Below, in pieces: positions 27,412 to 41,244 of a stretch of DNA of 64,000 nucleotides (its first letter is position 1; every line of letters begins with the position of its first letter). The notes below the pieces were generated by a model, which was given only the letters and a program-made list of their open reading frames with translations, was not told the origin of the DNA and did not search any database. Source of the stretch: Octopus sinensis (lineage: Eukaryota); contig NC_043001.1 of assembly GCF_006345805.1 (NCBI RefSeq), positions 80,662,001 to 80,726,000 of the forward strand, in the 5' to 3' direction. The translations under genes and the position numbers were made by a program.

Positions 27412-28383
27412 TATAAGGTAGCAAGTTTTTTTAGAAATTTCACTACCAGTGGCCTGGCATGTATAAAAAGTCAATAGACAACATATTCTCAATATAAAAT
27501 AGTATACATTCTAGCGTGTAAAGCCGCCTGTTAAAGGCAGCTTCTCTTGTGTTTAAAAGTACACTATTTTATATGTATATATGAAACAGAAACAGTATTA
27601 ACTTAAAGTGGGTATATGTATATCGCAATTTGTGCAAACACATCGAGGAAAGGCAAATTAACTCTCGGTATTCGCCTGGAGATAATTTATCAATATCTCT
27701 TAGGGACGTACAGTGTTTCAGCAATTCCACTTTCACTAGGGAAAGAAAGTGAGGGTGCAGAAAGAAGTGCTCTCTTTCACTCAAATTATCAAAAGCTGGG
27801 TAACTGCAGGAAAAATGGTTAGCGTGAATGAAACTACTTTAAGCATTTACCTGTGTAGACTGAAGAGCAACGCAGTCGAGGGAAGGCCTGTGCCCATGGT
27901 AGCCAATGTGGTCGTGCATATTTGGTTTTCTTTGACTGGGCCTACAGGTAAGATCCTCTCTATTAGGAGGGCTGCACTATCTTTATATTCATATATTTTG
28001 TATACTATGTATACTTTTATCGTATTTCTCATTCTCCCGCTTATTCCCATCCCACATACACAAATTTTAACTTATCCTTGTAATATACCAGTCGTCGAAC
28101 ATCCCTGTGCCAAATAGAATAACTCATTATTATATTTGTGATAAGGCAGCGAGCTGGCTGAAAAGTTAGCCCGGTTCCATAATCTAAAAACCAATTATAT
28201 TATTATTGGTGATGGTGGTGGTGATGGTGGTGGTGGTGGGGGATCTGCTGGTGTTGATCATCGTCAAGTTAGTAGTATCGGAGGTAGTGATGATGGTAGT
28301 AGTGTGAAGGTGGTAGTAGGTACAGTGATGGTGGAAGTTTTGTTACCACTACAACTATTGCTGCTGCTGCTGCTGCTGCTACA

Positions 28384-28439
<56 letters not shown>

Positions 28440-29536
28440 TACCACTACTGTTATCACTACTTCTACATATGTTGCTCCCTTAATTCTGTTGTCGTCATGG
28501 TGATATTCACTCAATGGTTACTGTTTACTTTTCAGTTAATTTCAGTCAAGAAATTAACATTCTTAAGAGAATGAGAGAATGAGAGAAAGAGAGAGTGAGA
28601 CAGAGACAGAGAGAGAGAGACAGAAAGAGACAGAGAATATCTTTTTCTTAATATCAAAAACTAAAAAACCCCAATCACAAATAACTCAGCTCACACAAGT
28701 CTGTCTCTTTCACGACCAAAGCTCCGATCAATGCACCTGTCTATACAATGTGACTATTGATTTCATGTGGTTAGCAATTTTTATGTGGGCAAATAAATTT
28801 CCAAATTACATTAGTCGTATGCTATGATGTTTTGTATATATTTTCCTGTTTTTTGTTTGGCTTTTTTCTGTTTCTTTTTCATTTTCATTTTCTTTGTCCT
28901 TGTAGTAATTTTGATGTGGTATGTATTTTCTTTTTTTTCTATCACATGGTTTTTATACATGTATTTCTGGTCGTTACAGAGAAAGTTCCTGTTTGTTTGT
29001 TATTTTGATTCTATTTTATTTTATTTTATTTTTATCTGCTGTATATATTTTCTCTCTGACTGATTTATCACCTCCAGGCTTAACGAACAAACATTTTATA
29101 CGAGTATGTGTATGTGTATTTGTATATATGTAAGTGAGAATGTGCATGTGTGTGTATGTATGTATGTGTGTGTGTGAATGTGTGCGTATGTGAGTCGGTG
29201 ATAGGGTGAATATACATTTAAATCAATATGTATGCATATATACACACCAAAATGTATATTATACATACAGTTATATATCTATTTTCATTCATTCATATGC
29301 ATACAAAGGGATACATTTATGTATGCATGTATGTATATATACAAATATTTTGCACGTAGGTATGTATATTTGAGTTTGTTTTTATGTGTTTCAGTGTATA
29401 CCTTTTTTGTATGCGCTTATGTATACATGTATGTATTCGTGTGTTTGTATATATGCATGCTTATACATACATGACTACATAATTATTTGGGGACATACAG
29501 ACTTACAAAATACATATGCGTATATATATATGTGTG

Positions 29537-29567
<31 letters not shown>

Positions 29568-29582
29568 GTGTATATATATGTG

Positions 29583-29631
<49 letters not shown>

Positions 29632-30095
29632 GTATGTGTTCTTGTGTGTGTAAATGTTGGTGTGTATATAGATATACATGAGTGTGTGTACGCTTATATG
29701 TGTTTGTAAGAACGTGTGCATTTCTATGCATGTATGTACACACGTGTGTATATAATATGTATGAGTTGTTTAATATATAATTCGAAGAGGAGCATTCTTT
29801 TTTAGTGTGTCTCCGATTCGCTCGCTTTTTTTTATTGTAATATTTGTTTCCCAGATGGCGCTAAAGTGGAGATGGTGTGGGATACTGCTAATTTTTTTAT
29901 TGGGAGATGTTCTTTATTTATTTGCTTGTTTATTTGACTAGTTGTTTGTTTTACTTAAACGTCTAATCAGAGTTACGAACGAATATGTTCACAGCGATAT
30001 GTTTTATGGTATGTACGTACGTATGTATGTATGTATGTATGTATGTATGTATGTATGTATGTATGTATGTATGTATGTATGTATGGGTCTGTGTT

Positions 30096-30146
<51 letters not shown>

Positions 30147-32039
30147 TTTTGTGTGTATGTTTGAAAAGGAGCGGGAAGGGGAAGGAAAGTGTACGTCTAA
30201 CATCATGTATATTATCAACTAGTTGATCATTAGTTTTATGATCACCGATATGATTTATCTATATCATCATCACCATTATCCTTAACAGCATCGTATTCAT
30301 CAACATCATCACCATTATCATCATCATCACCACAATCATCATACACATGATCATGACGATGATCCTTCATGTGATTGTTGTAGCTGCTAGAAATAGCACA
30401 TTACTGTCTTCAATAATTTTTTAAATGTCGACGCTAAACCAACAATTTTAAGGAGCAATTTTAAAAGGCATCGACCTCCGTACCTGACTGGTACTTTATT
30501 GTACTGATTCTGAAATAATAAAAGGTAAAGTCGTCCTTTGATGGAATTTGAAATCAGAACGTAAAGAATTAAAAGAAATTCTGTTATCATTTTGTCTGAC
30601 GATCTGAAGATTCTGCCAACTAACCGTTTTGAAATTGCTTTAAAATTTTGGCACAAGGTCAACAATTTTAGGGGAGGTATTAAGTCGATTACATTGACAC
30701 CTGTATTCAACAGGTTCTTACTTTATCGAACCCGAAAGGATGAAAGACAAAGTCAATTTCCACGGAATTTGAACTCAGAACATAAAGACGGACGAAATGC
30801 CCCCAAGCATTTTGCCTGGCGTGGTAATGATTCTCCCAGCTCACTGCTTCTCACTCACCGTTTTAATATTGTCTTAATCCTTACTAATATTTGGCATAAA
30901 GCCAACAATATGGAGGAAGGGAATCAGTCGATTATATCCACCCCAGTACTTGAGTGGTACTTTGTTTTATCGACCCCAAAAGAATGAAAGGCAAAGTTGA
31001 CCTTGGTGGGTTTTGAACTCAGAATATAAAGAACCGCGAAGAAAGGGCACTAAGAATTTTATACAGAGTGCTAACGATTCTGCAAGCTCGCTACCTTTAA
31101 TGTCTTGACAAAGGAAAGGATATAGTAAGTAGCGTAGTCAGTCCTACATGACCATATGAAAAGACAGGTGGGTCACAGTTAAAATGTCTTCAGTCAGAAT
31201 ACCACTTCATAAAGGCTGAACTGGCACTAAATAACAATATTCAGGATCGTACTCATCATCATCATCATCCTCATCAACAGCATCATCATCATCATCATTT
31301 TCATTATCCCCACCACCAATAACAACAACAACACTATCATCATTATTCATTAATACCACCATCATAATTAACTTCATCATCAACATCAACATCACTACAA
31401 CTGATAGTATAATTACATCGCCATCGTCGTCAGTCATCATTACCGCCATCACTACGATCATCATCACTACCATCACCATTATTACCGTCATTACCATCAT
31501 CATCATAATCATCATGACCATTACCATCATCATCATCACCATCATCACTATCATCATCATCATCATTATAGTACCATCAAGGATGTCATAATCATCGTTA
31601 TAACTTATGTAAACAGCAGAAGTAGCCGCAGTAGCAACAGTCGTAGCAGCTGAGGTGGCGGCTGCGGTGACTGCAGTAACTCCAGCAGCACTTTGAAAAT
31701 GATGCGGTTTCCTACAAACTTGCAATGATGTATAAATCTCCTTTCGATACATTATTGAACTGTCCAGGAAACCAGATTGATCTAAAAGAGACGTACGCAT
31801 ATTCCAAGTTCTGGTATTTTTGTACGATTCAGAAAGAATTTTCACTTTTAGATTATTAATCATACCCTTCAAACACACCTGGTTCTCCTAGCAGTCGCAG
31901 CTATTACAAAGGGGATAATTACTTAACCGTGTTACTCACAAAGTCTAGGGGCCCAGTTCTAATCTATGCTTGTTGGGCCTTGCTGTCAATAAATAAGCAC
32001 AACGTGCATTGATTTACTTATCAATATAATTGTGAGCTA

Positions 32040-32892
32040 AGACGGCGATCTGGCAGAAACGTTAGCACGCCGGGAGTTCAAATTCCGCCGAAGTCGACTT
32101 TGCCTTTCGCCCTTTCGGCGTCGATAAATTAAGTATCAGTTGCGTACTGGGGTCGATGTAATCGACTGGCTCCCACCCGCAAAATTTCGGGCCTTGTACC
32201 TAGAGTAGAAAAGAATATAATTGTGAGCTTTAAGGCAGCGAACTTGTAGAATCGTTAGCACGCTGGACAAAACGCTTAGCGGCATTTCGTCCGTCTTTAT
32301 GGTCTGAGTTCAAATTCCACCGTGGTTGATTTTTGCCTTTCATCCTTTCGGGGTTGATAAAATAAGTACCAGTTAAGTCTTTGGGTCGATCTAATCAAGT
32401 TACCTCCACCCTCAAATTGCTGACCTTGTACCAAACTTTGAAACTCAGTATAATCGCAAGTTCAAGGCGGTGAGCTAGCAGAATCATTACCGCGCCGGAT
32501 AATATACTGAACGACATTTCATCCGTTTTTACATTCTGAGTTCATATTCAGCCGAGGTCGACTTTTCCTTTCATCCTTTCGAGGTCGATAAAATAAGTAC
32601 CAGTTCAGAACTAGAGACGACACAATCGTCTTACCCCTTCACCCGAAATTGCTGGCCTTGTGCCAAAATTTGAAACTAATAAAATCTCAACCTGGCAGGA
32701 TCCTTAGCGCACCGGACAAAACGATTAGCGGCACAGCGTCCTTTTTAACGTTCTGAGTTCAAATTCCACCGAAGTTGACTTTTCCTGTCATCCTTTCGGG
32801 GCCAGTGACATAAGTACCAGTTGAGCACTGGAGTCGATGTAATCGACTTAGACCCTCTCCGAAATCGCTGGCCATTTACCAAAATTTGAAAC
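32040..32892 (+). mobile_element. Stack of four head-to-tail SINE family A copies
   Basis: Four successive gagttcaaattcc...catcctttcg...aagtaccagtt units. Confidence 0.88.
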
Positions 32893-33121
32893 CAATGCAA
32901 TCATGAGATTTCCCAAGAAACCGGAAAATAGTTTATTGTAACACTTAGTGACAACTACATTGTTGAAGAGGTGCTTGTTCAAGGAAAATGACCGCGTGAT
33001 TTTATACTGACGTGTTTATACATTTGATAACAAAATAATATAATTTCTCGGAATAAATGTCTAATTAAGGCCCTGAATCGGTTGAGTTGTCACAGTGTTG
33101 GATAGAATGCTAGGCCGGATG

Positions 33122-33237
33122 GGTTTAAGGGTGTCGCAAAGGCCTGGTTGGAGACCCAAACTTCCGAGTTCTTTTACAGGGTTTCGAAAAACTGAAGGAC
33201 TGTTACAATAACTGCGTGAATCTGAAAGGAGGATATC
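33122..33237 (+). mobile_element. mariner-derived MITE, left part
   Basis: Encodes a mariner transposase C-terminal remnant (AWLETQTSEFFY); continues at 34146. Confidence 0.65.
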
Positions 33238-33264
33238 TAAAAGTGAAATTTTGTCTGTCAGTCC

Positions 33265-33821
33265 GTCCAGGACGCGAAATGTTTTCCTACGAGAGTTCCG
33301 GACCCCAGTTATGAACTCATTTGCATTCAGCGAATCAGAGCTCAACTATCAAACTGATTTATGAGCGCATAATAAGTGATGGGAGATAAGATAAGGTCAC
33401 TTGGGTAAGGAATGACCATGTTTATTTTCTCTTTTGATAATGCTTGTTGTTCTTGTTCTTGTTTCAAACATGGCTGCCTCTACGAAGTTATTTGTGTTGT
33501 TGTTTACTTTGTAAAACAGTAAGGGGAGAGGGATGCTAGCACATCACCTTCCACCCACATTTTCCCAATCCACATCTTTATCATATGGGGCCCTAACAAA
33601 ATCCGATAATAGGTATCGATGCAAATCTATATAATTGTCTCCTTCTAAATTCAGACATAACTTGGCGATCGGTCGACTTACAACACCTTTCTTCGTCTTG
33701 AGTTTACTTGCTAGAGTGTGTTTGCGACAACAAGGTCAAGGTAAGCTCTGATTGGCAGTATGCAAATGAGTTCATTACCGGGCTCCGGAAGTTTCGTGGG
33801 AAAAATTTTTGCGTCCTGGAC
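33265..33821. repeat. 78-bp inverted repeat pair (33265-33342 / 33744-33821), putative MITE or transposon internal repeat
   Basis: agctctgatt(c/g)gc..atgcaaatgagttcat.ac.ggg.tccggaa...gcgtcctggac on opposite strands. Confidence 0.85.
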
Positions 33822-34145
33822 ACCTGTATCTCAGTCTACATTTATTCTAAATAAACATATTACACCTTTTTGGAATCAGGATGATCCCGAGATTGAAAAT
33901 CTGCCCTTCATTGGGTTCTTGAACATTCAGCATTGGAATGAAGCCTGGATGAGGATATGTTATATGCTAACAGTTGAAAATTCAAAGTTTAAAAAAAGCT
34001 CCAAAAATTTGTGAACTTACAGGTTTTTCATTTAAACTGAATTTAAAGTAATACGATATTGGTAGGGTACCAATAAATGCTCTGTTATTATTGCTCTCGC
34101 AAGATCTAACTTAAATGTCCGCACGGAATGCGATTTTTAAGCTAG

Positions 34146-34227
34146 TGTGTAATAAAATCAAAAATTAAACTGATTCTCCTGTATTTTCTTTTAGCTAAAT
34201 CTAGGAACTTTTCAGCACGACCTTGTA
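34146..34227 (+). mobile_element. mariner-derived MITE, right part with TIR
   Basis: ...ctaggaacttttcagcacgaccttgTA, a mariner-type TIR ending in TA. Confidence 0.7.
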
Positions 34228-34874
34228 CGTCATAGAAAACGGGTAACTGGCCCTACGAATCCCCGGCCTTGGCTGTCCAGAAATTGATGACTTTGTTGCA
34301 ATCAATTCAAGCCAGGCCGCTGGCTTGAGGATAACTTCCTTTCCTCCTCCCTCCAATCTTGGAAGCTCTGTAAGGTGTCATAAGCACTGCCTTCTCTGCT
34401 GACTGAAAGACATATTAAAAATAAACTCCCTCACGATCTATAAACGTCACGTGTTAATGTTGATTGTTTCACGATAAATTAATTCATATTTCATTAGTTG
34501 CATATTGCAAATATTTCATTATTCACATATAACCAACAAATAAAATTTCTTCAGCTATATTTCAACTAAATCGTTATTGAGTCCATGACTCCAAGAAAAA
34601 TACATATTTTATATTTTATATTTCTTACATGTTTCAGTCACTGGACAGCGGTCATAGCGGCATCACTTTGAAAGATTTTAGTCGAATAAATTGACCCCCA
34701 GGACTCATTTATTTATTTATTTTAGTCTGGTACTTATTCGGTCGGTCTCTTCTACTGAACCGCTAAGTTATGAAGATGTAAACAAACCGATTGTAAAGCG
34801 GTGCTTTGGAGACACAGACACAAAGACGCATACATACACACATACAAACATACATACATACATACATACATACA

Positions 34875-34902
<28 letters not shown>

Positions 34903-34905
<3 letters not shown>

Positions 34906-35240
34906 CAGGGAAAAAGAGAATACCTACACTGAACTATTGAGAAATCTGCAGTTACTCTATCCAGATTACAAGTTTGGGTTTATACCTGTAATTATTGGAG
35001 CCCTGGGATATGTAACACTGCTTAAATACCAATCGTGAGAAATTAGGCTTCTCAAAACCAGAAAGGAGAAAGCTAATTTGAAGACTAAAGATCCAATCCC
35101 TCACTGGAACTGTAAATATCTGTAAAACTTTCCAGAAATGTATCTTTTAAATACATATGAGCATGTTTAGATATGCAACTATATGCATGAGAATATATAC
35201 ATAAAACAAAACATACAAATATGCACGTATACATACATAC
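34903..35240 (+). mobile_element. 3' fragment of an RLE-type LINE inside (TACA)n
   Basis: EKENTYTELLRNLQLLYPDYKFGFIPVIIGALGYVT; homologous to 61120-61590. Confidence 0.85.
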
Positions 35241-35928
35241 AAAAATATCCTGTTGATGTTGTTGAAATTCCATTGAAGGAGGCTTGGATCTAAGTTAGAA
35301 ACTGGCTCTTTCTCTACTGGCAAGAAATCTTGAAATAAAACTACATACATACATCTTACACATACACGACAGATTTCTATTCAGTTCCCGCCTACCAAAT
35401 TCATTCCCGTGACATCAGTCGAATCAAGGTAATATAAGACGATACATATTGAAGTTACTGTGAACCCGAAGCCACGTGGTTGCAAAGCTCCTTAACCACA
35501 AAGTCATGCCTGCGCCTATAGATACAGTTCCTTCCATAACTACAACTAAATAGATTTTGTTTTACTTCGATTCTTCCCTGTTAATATTTTAGTTGACTGG
35601 TTGACGATGACATGTTCAACCACGATGTTAGTAACACACTACATGACGGTGAATTCAAGATTAAGGTGCATATTACTTAGATCCTGAAGAAAAAATGTCT
35701 TCTGTAATAAGATCAGAAGAATACTCGGGTCTCTATCAAGGCTGACAGTTGTGATAGTTGTAACATTAATGTTGGAGAAGGCATATTCATCGTATATATA
35801 ATGGATAATCTTTTACGTTGAATATGCGACTGGTCACGCCAACTGTTTCGGTATGATTGATTGATTCTAGTTTCATCTCACGAGCTGCAGCCATGCTGGG
35901 GCACCGCCATTAAAAAATAGCCCTTTGA

Positions 35929-35975
35929 GGTTCCAGCGAGTTTCGAACTCACGACTTTCTGCGTGTTAAGCAGAT
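35929..35975 (-). pseudogene. 3' half of a tRNA-Val(AAC)-like sequence
   Basis: Minus strand TCTGC-TTAACAC-GCAGA-aagtc-GTGAG-TTCGAAA-CTCGC-TGGAACC; D-arm and 5' acceptor strand are absent. Confidence 0.55.
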
Positions 35976-36523
35976 TTTGAATGTATTATATTTTCTCTTC
36001 AGTTTTTCATTATTTGAAGTCTTCCTGTAATAAAGGAGTTGGTTGCTAACAAAGATACAAAGCTACATCGTTGAAATATAGATAATAGAAACAAATTCAC
36101 ATTTTGAGTTCAAGAAAAGTCTTGCATATATTTACTGTTCCATTTGCAGAAAATATTTCTAACGTGCGAGTTAGTTAGTTGATTGCCTCTTCTGGTAATC
36201 CTAGCTTATCCAGATTGTCACTTAGTACCTAATGGACCAATTATTAGTAGTATAAATGTAAATTTATAATCTGAATATAAAAGCCGGAGCTTTCTGAGTG
36301 GCTGTCTATAGTTATCCTCTTTCTCTTTGATTTTCTAAGATATTCATATCAGTAGGACAGCTGACCTCTGTAACGATACATACGCTTTTTGTCTATCCCA
36401 AACAATAATATCCAACCTCTTATGTTTGCGTTATGTATGCATTTATGTACGAATGTATGTACATACACAGGATGGCCGCAGTCTGATGACTGAAACAAGT
36501 AAAAGAATAAAAGAATGTGTGTG

Positions 36524-36573
<50 letters not shown>

Positions 36574-36989
36574 TTCTTTTATTCTTTGTATGTATGCATG
36601 TATGTATGTATGTATATCATATTTGTAAGTATGAATGATTGTATGTAGTTACGTTTGTACACGTGTGTGTGTGTGTATGCTTATGTGTATGCATGAATAC
36701 ACACATCCACTGATGTATTTATGTACATACGTATACACATTCAGATGTACGTACATATGTATATGCGCATGTGTAAATGTAACAATGTATGTATGTATGA
36801 ATGCATGTATGTATGTATGAATGTATGCATGTGTGTTTGTATGTATATATATATATGAGTTCCAATCGTAATTACATTTTTTAAGACAATTCATTATTAT
36901 TTCAGAAAAACATGAAGGAAGGAAGGAAACTAAGAAGAAATAATGGTATTTTCTGCTTCTTTTTATCTATTCTGACCATAATGCTGTTA

Positions 36990-37962
36990 CTAGTCGTGGT
37001 GAAGATGGTGGTTCTTGAGATGGTAATGTCAGCAATTTTTGGTGATAGTGGGGGAGACAGGTGGAGGGTGTGGTGGTGTGGTGTAGTGACGGTAGTAGTG
37101 ACGGTAGTGGAGGAAAGGATAGTGGTGATGCTGATAGTGGTAGTGGTGAAGATAATGCTGGGGGTAAATGGCATTGGTAGTGGTGGTGGTGGTGGTGGTA
37201 GTAATAGAAATGGAGATTGTGGTTGTAACAATGGCGGCGTAGCTTTGTTGTTGATGTTCGCGTGGTAGTGGTGGTGAGGGTAGTGGTGGTGGAGGAGGTG
37301 GTCGTCGTCGTCATTGTGCTGGCGCTGGTACTGGTGGTGATGGTATTAAGGAAATGTTGGTAACAATGATGGTGATGATGTCGTTCTTTATGTTGTTGTT
37401 GCTAGTGGTGGTGGTGGTGGTGGTGGTGGTGGTGTGGTGGTGGTGGTGGGGACGGCGTTGACGTCGATGATGGTCGTAATTATTGCTAGTTGCTGACTGT
37501 GAAAGAAAAACAATGGACTTGATATATATATATATACACAGCGAGAGAGAGGAGGAGAGAGAAAGAAAGAGAGTGAGAGAGAGAGAGAAAGAGAAAGAGA
37601 GACTAGGAAGTGGGGAGTGTAGGTGATGGCAGCAAAAGAGAAAGAAATGAGACAAATTTAGTTTTGCGATGAAATATTTCACCAACTGACAAGAAGACAA
37701 TATAGAGGAAATGATATATTTACTTTAATTAAACAATAGTCTTAACCACCATCATATCACCGACACAGTGACGGCACCGGTAGCAGCAGTAGCACCAGGA
37801 GCAGCAGCAGAAGCAGCGGCAGTAGTAGTAGTAATAGTAGTAGTAGTAGTAGTAGTAGTAGGAGGAGGAGGAGGAGGAGGAGGAGGGGTGGAGGTGGAGG
37901 AGGTGGAGGTGGAGGACGAGGAAGGGAGTATAGGTGGGGAGGAATGATAGTTGGGGTGTCCT

Positions 37963-38006
<44 letters not shown>

Positions 38007-38700
38007 TCAGCAGCAGCAGCAGCAGCAATAGTACTAGTGGCGATGGTAGCAACTGTAGTTGTAGTAGCAGTGACAAAAATGTACAAATTGATAAAAAAAA
38101 AAAGAAGACAAATCTGCAGATAAATAAACATTAAAAAAAATGAAATGAATAACAAAAAAAAAAGATACTTCAATAAAATTTATCCGAAAAATACTAGTAT
38201 AGAGATGGAGGGAAAGTGAGTGGGGGAGAATGAGAGAAGAAAAAGAGTGGGGGGAAGCGAGGAAGGTAGAGATGAAATATTTCTAGTTGTAAATAAGTAA
38301 TTAAAATCGTAAAAGATTTGCGGGGAGAAGTCGGTGTTATTGTGTTTGTTTTTAATGTTTTTAGAAAATATTTTTCTTTGTTTTCCTTACTACTTTACTA
38401 TCGATGATGATGATGATGATGATGATGACGACGGCGATGATGAGATTCGTAACGATGGTAATGTTAATGATGATGACGGTTTTCGGTGATGGTGATAGTG
38501 GCAATGGTGCGTGGTGGTAGCGGTCACAATGATGGTAGGCGAAATCACGAGTTCTTGTGGTTGCGGTGATGGTCATCGAAATGTTAGTACTACTGTCGGG
38601 GCCCATGATGATGATGATGGTGGTTGTGGTGGTGATGGTGGTGGCGATAAAGGAGGTGGACAGTATGAGGAGGGAGAGCATCATTACCACCACCACCACC

Positions 38701-38734
<34 letters not shown>

Positions 38735-39120
38735 TCATCATCAGCATCTTCATCATCATCATCTTCCATCATCATCATCATCAATTATCCGCTATTTGAT
38801 TGTTATTGCTGCAGCTACTGTTGTTGAAACTATTGTTATTACCACTCTTACTACTACTACTATTACTACTACTACTACTACTACAACTACTACTACTAAC
38901 ACTACCACCACCACAAGCATTACTACTGCTGCTGCTGTTGCTCCTGTTGTTGCTTTTGTTGATTACCATTGTTGTTCTGTTTATGATTACGTTTTTGTTT
39001 TTCTTGTTATTGTTGTTATCGTTATGATGATGCTTGTTTTTGGTGTTAGTATTGTTGTTGGTGGTGGTGGTATTGTTATTGCTGTTGTTTTTGTTTATGT
39101 TGTTGTTGTTAATTCTACTT
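36990..39120. repeat. Mosaic trinucleotide low-complexity region (GGT/GTA/GAT/CAT/CAC/GTT)
   Basis: Direct reading; source of many homopolymer-amino-acid ORFs. Confidence 0.95.
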
Positions 39121-39292
39121 CTGATTCTTTTCGAAAAATGGAGGATACTCTAGAATTGTCAAGAATTAGAAAGGTTTCTTAGGGAAAGCTTAAAACTTTA
39201 AAAATAATAGAAATATTAAAATTACTAAGTCTCTCTTAATAATAATGTTTTGTTTTCATACTTTAATTTTCTAATGCCTATCTATCTCTCTG

Positions 39293-39368
<76 letters not shown>

Positions 39369-39873
39369 ATCTATCTATCTATCTATCTACCTATCTATCT
39401 ATCTATTTATCTATCTATTTGTTTATCTACTTAGCAATCTATCTCCGTCTATCTATATGTTTATCTTTCTATCAACCTATCTGTCTGTTTGTCTGTTTAA
39501 CTCTCTCTCTCTCTCTCTTTCTCATCAACAATTTTGATTGAGTCAGGGAAGGAGGAGAGAGACAGACAGACAGAGATCGACAGAGAGAGAGAGATAGATA
39601 TCGTGTGATAGACAGAGAATACGAGTAAGATATGGAAACAGGAAAAGAGAGGGGGAGACGCAACAAGAGAGAAAGAGAGAGGCGGAGAAAGGCAGCTGCG
39701 GTTTCAGCAACGCATTGTGAAATGCAGAAAGCAGGCTGAGGCGAGTAAGACAACTTAGTCATCCATTGCAACCGTCTCAATCCCCAAACGTCTTGACTGG
39801 GTCTTGCCACTGGATTTCTGATGGTCAAGAACGTAAGGGTGAGGCTAACTGCCAACTCGTTTTCACTCTAAAC

Positions 39874-40072
39874 CAGTGGTTCTCAACAATTTTTTAACTA
39901 TGGACTTCTTTCTTGCTATTTTATTCTGGCCTATAGACATTCGATGTTTAAAAAGTAGCTTTATAGAAATTGCTTTCACATTCCTATTTCGTTTTTTTTC
40001 ACACATTAACTTGTGTGGGTTGAACTATATAAAATGTTAGAGAAAGAAACCGAACTGTTTCTTACAATATAT
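39874..40072 (+). mobile_element. Truncated copy of the hAT MITE at 42440
   Basis: CTCTAAAC|CAGTGGTTCTCAAC start, colinear with 42440-42641. Confidence 0.85.
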
Positions 40073-40787
40073 GGGGACAGGAAAAGAGAGGAGGGACAAG
40101 AAGTCAGACAGACAGATACATAAGGGGAGTAAGAAGAGCAAGAGAGAGAGGCGCATGGAGAGAGAGAGGAAGAAGAAATGAGAGAGGGCGAGCCAACAAG
40201 AGGGGGAGCTAACAAGAGGAAGAGGGAGAGCCAACAAGAGAAAATAAGAGGGATAACCAACAAGAGGGAGAGGGAGAGTTCTGATACCTTGACTGAGACA
40301 AGGAAATAAATAGGAACACGGAGCAAGAGAGAGAGATGGGGAAAACAACAAGAGTGAGAGAGAGAAAGTGGTAGCCAGAAAGAGACAGGACCAAAGACAA
40401 AAAAAAAGAGAGAAGGAAGGAGAGTGAAATACACTAAAACAGAGAGGAAGTTGACTTCCCCCTTCCTCACTTCTCCATAAAACAATATTCCCACCTGAAT
40501 TCTGAGCAATTTGCTGTTTTCTCTATCTGTTTCACTATTTCTATTTCTCTCCCAATCTGCTTATGTCCATCTTCTGATGAAGGACTAACATATGAAGCGT
40601 CAGTAAACATTTCCTTTCTATTAAAGCGTAAATCTAATACCTTATTGGTTAAACATTATTCCTTCTGAGTTGTCGTTTCATTGTTAATTGATTGTAAACA
40701 TTAGAAGCACGTTGTATTCATAATGTGATACAATTATGTGCATATATGTTCGAGTGTGTGTGTGTGTGTGCGTGTGTGTATGTGTGT

Positions 40788-40826
<39 letters not shown>

Positions 40827-40827
40827 C

Positions 40828-40864
<37 letters not shown>

Positions 40865-40924
40865 GTATATATATGCATATATATATATATATATATCTAT
40901 ATATATATATATATTGTGTGGTAA

Positions 40925-41105
40925 GAACTGATAGATCGTTAGCCAGTACACACACTTTTTTTTCTCCCGTTTTTTTCTGTGTCCTATCTGTAGAAGAGCG
41001 TAGGTTCGAAACGTAAAAGACTTTTTTCTATTCCTGAGCGTTATACTAATACATCTGTTTGTTTTGTACACCACCTGTCTTCGTCTTTTCTTTTTTCGTA
41101 AACTC
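40925..41105 (+). mobile_element. Short PLE 3'-repeat fragment with HHR motif (40983-41020)
   Basis: ctgtagaagagcgtaggttcgaaacgtaaaaga...ctgagcg..tactaataca, homologous to 9440-9600. Confidence 0.85.
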
Positions 41106-41108
41106 TTA

Positions 41109-41244
<136 letters not shown>

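Noticed and set aside
29078-29103. Possible 26-nt plus-strand exon (cctccag|...|gtatgt)
   Set aside because: The donor lies in a GT microsatellite, the length is not frame-preserving and there is no supporting exon.
33061-33345. 94-aa non-repetitive-looking ORF (MSSDSLNANEF...)
   Set aside because: It is the antisense read-through of the mariner MITE plus one arm of the 78-bp inverted repeat, not a gene.
36900-39182. Multiple homopolymeric ORFs
   Set aside because: Trinucleotide repeats are open in several frames on both strands; no domain content.
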